A DNA stretch of 64,000 nt. It comes from Amoebidium appalachense (lineage: Eukaryota > Protista > Ichthyosporea). Shown piece by piece: positions 62,979-64,000 of the stretch; positions within the stretch are counted from its first letter, which is position 1; each line of letters begins with the position of its first letter. A model generated the notes under the pieces. That model was not told the DNA's origin. It saw nothing but the letters and a program-made list of their open reading frames with translations, and ran no database searches. Where the stretch lies: assembly GCA_963693365.1 (NCBI GenBank), contig CAVNZM010000010.1, positions 3,100,001 to 3,164,000 on the forward strand, in the 5' to 3' direction. The position numbers were made by a program, and so were the translations under genes.

Positions 62979-63425
62979 CTTTCGTGCGTGTGTGCATGAA
63001 TATTTCACTCTCTCCCCCGCCCCCTCCCCCCGCTCCCTCTCTCTCCTCGTCTGCATTCCTCTCTCCTCGTCCCCCCCTCTCTCCTCGTCTGCATTCCCCC
63101 TCCCCCCCCCCCCCCCCCCCCCCCTCCCCCCATCGATCGCGAAAATTCGGTCCCTTCCCTCCCTCCCTCCCCCCTCCCATCACCATGCCCCTCCCCCCCC
63201 CTCCCTTCCCCCCCCCCTCCCCCCCCCCCCCCAATCCCCCCCTCCGCTGGTGTTCTTTCTGACAGGTGCCATTGTTCTGCTACGAGCACTGCCCGGGTCG
63301 ATTGCACACAGGCCACACGGGCAGTCTCGCTGCATTTGTGTGCATCACTTACCTGGGGCATACCCATGCTAAGGCTCGTCCTAACATTATCAGGCTTATC
63401 AAAAAGCTTTGGTGAGGACCCAATG

Positions 63426-63849
63426 CAACCACATCGGCAGAACTGACTTGCTCTAATCAGATTTAATCTGAAAACAGCAGGACCATTCTGGAAGAAGCAG
63501 AGTTATTCCACTTTTGCAGAATTATTCTGCAGACGCAGGATTATTCCGGCTTACGCAGAATTATTTTGCAAAAGCGGAATTATTTCGCAAAAAGCAGAGC
63601 TTTTCTGCTCTTCCCGTGACAGCTAGAGGCATAAATTTGCTACATGTACAAGTAGATCTGAGTAGTTCTGCTTTCTGCAAAAACCTTGATAACTCTGCTC
63701 TTGGCAGAATAGTTCTGCATTTGTAGAACAATTCTGCTTTTGCAGAATAGTCCTGCTTGTTGCAGAATTTCTCTGCTTTTTGAAGACTATTTCTACTCTT
63801 TGCAGGATAATTCTGCTCAGAGCAAGTTGATTTTGCCGCAATGTGGTTG
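63426..63849. mobile_element. Foldback-type non-autonomous element with internally repetitive arms
   Basis: Left end caaccacatcggcagaactgacttgctct matches the reverse complement of the right end, caaccacattgcggcaaaatcaacttgctct. The arms are built from ~20-bp gcagaattattctgcaaaa-like units. Confidence 0.65.
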
Positions 63850-64000
63850 GTCAACGGGGGGGGGGGGGGGGGGGGGGGGGGGATGGGGCCACGCGTGTTT
63901 AGTGTTAAGATAATACACTTTCTGCGCCACATCGCGGAATGGGTCCTGTTACGTACGTACGTGCAGCCACCGGTCGTGGGTTTGGGACAGGTCACGCAGT

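Noticed and set aside
63266-63420. Possible exon near the window end (acceptor on +, donor on -)
   Set aside because: No recognisable protein and the strand is ambiguous.

Overview
Intron-rich eukaryotic DNA, probably from a unicellular opisthokont-like organism (inference only). Introns are filled with (CA/GT)n, (GA)n and long G/C homopolymers, which produce most of the spurious ORFs in the supplied track. Hand splicing (GT-AG, phases checked where stated) gives six protein genes: (1) the 3' exon of a mitochondrial carrier; (2) a multi-exon protein with a TBC1D8/9-like N-terminal module, a CAMK/AMPK-type kinase and a START domain; (3) a secreted PI-PLC X-domain protein; (4) an Faf1/C1orf131-like 40S assembly factor; (5) an Iks1-family kinase with C-terminal hydrophobic segments; (6) a protein with a coiled coil, a globin and a degenerate globin. 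The 41.8-52.9 kb region is a nested transposon island. It holds three alternately inverted fragments of one non-LTR retroelement. One fragment is split by two copies of a DNA transposon with 17-bp TIRs and AT target duplications. One of those copies hosts a young non-autonomous LTR element whose primer-binding site matches the 5' end of a tRNA rather than its 3' CCA end. Introns also contain palindromic MITEs and minisatellites, including an array built from a duplicated exon end plus splice donor. Family assignments come from motif recognition and have not been database-verified.
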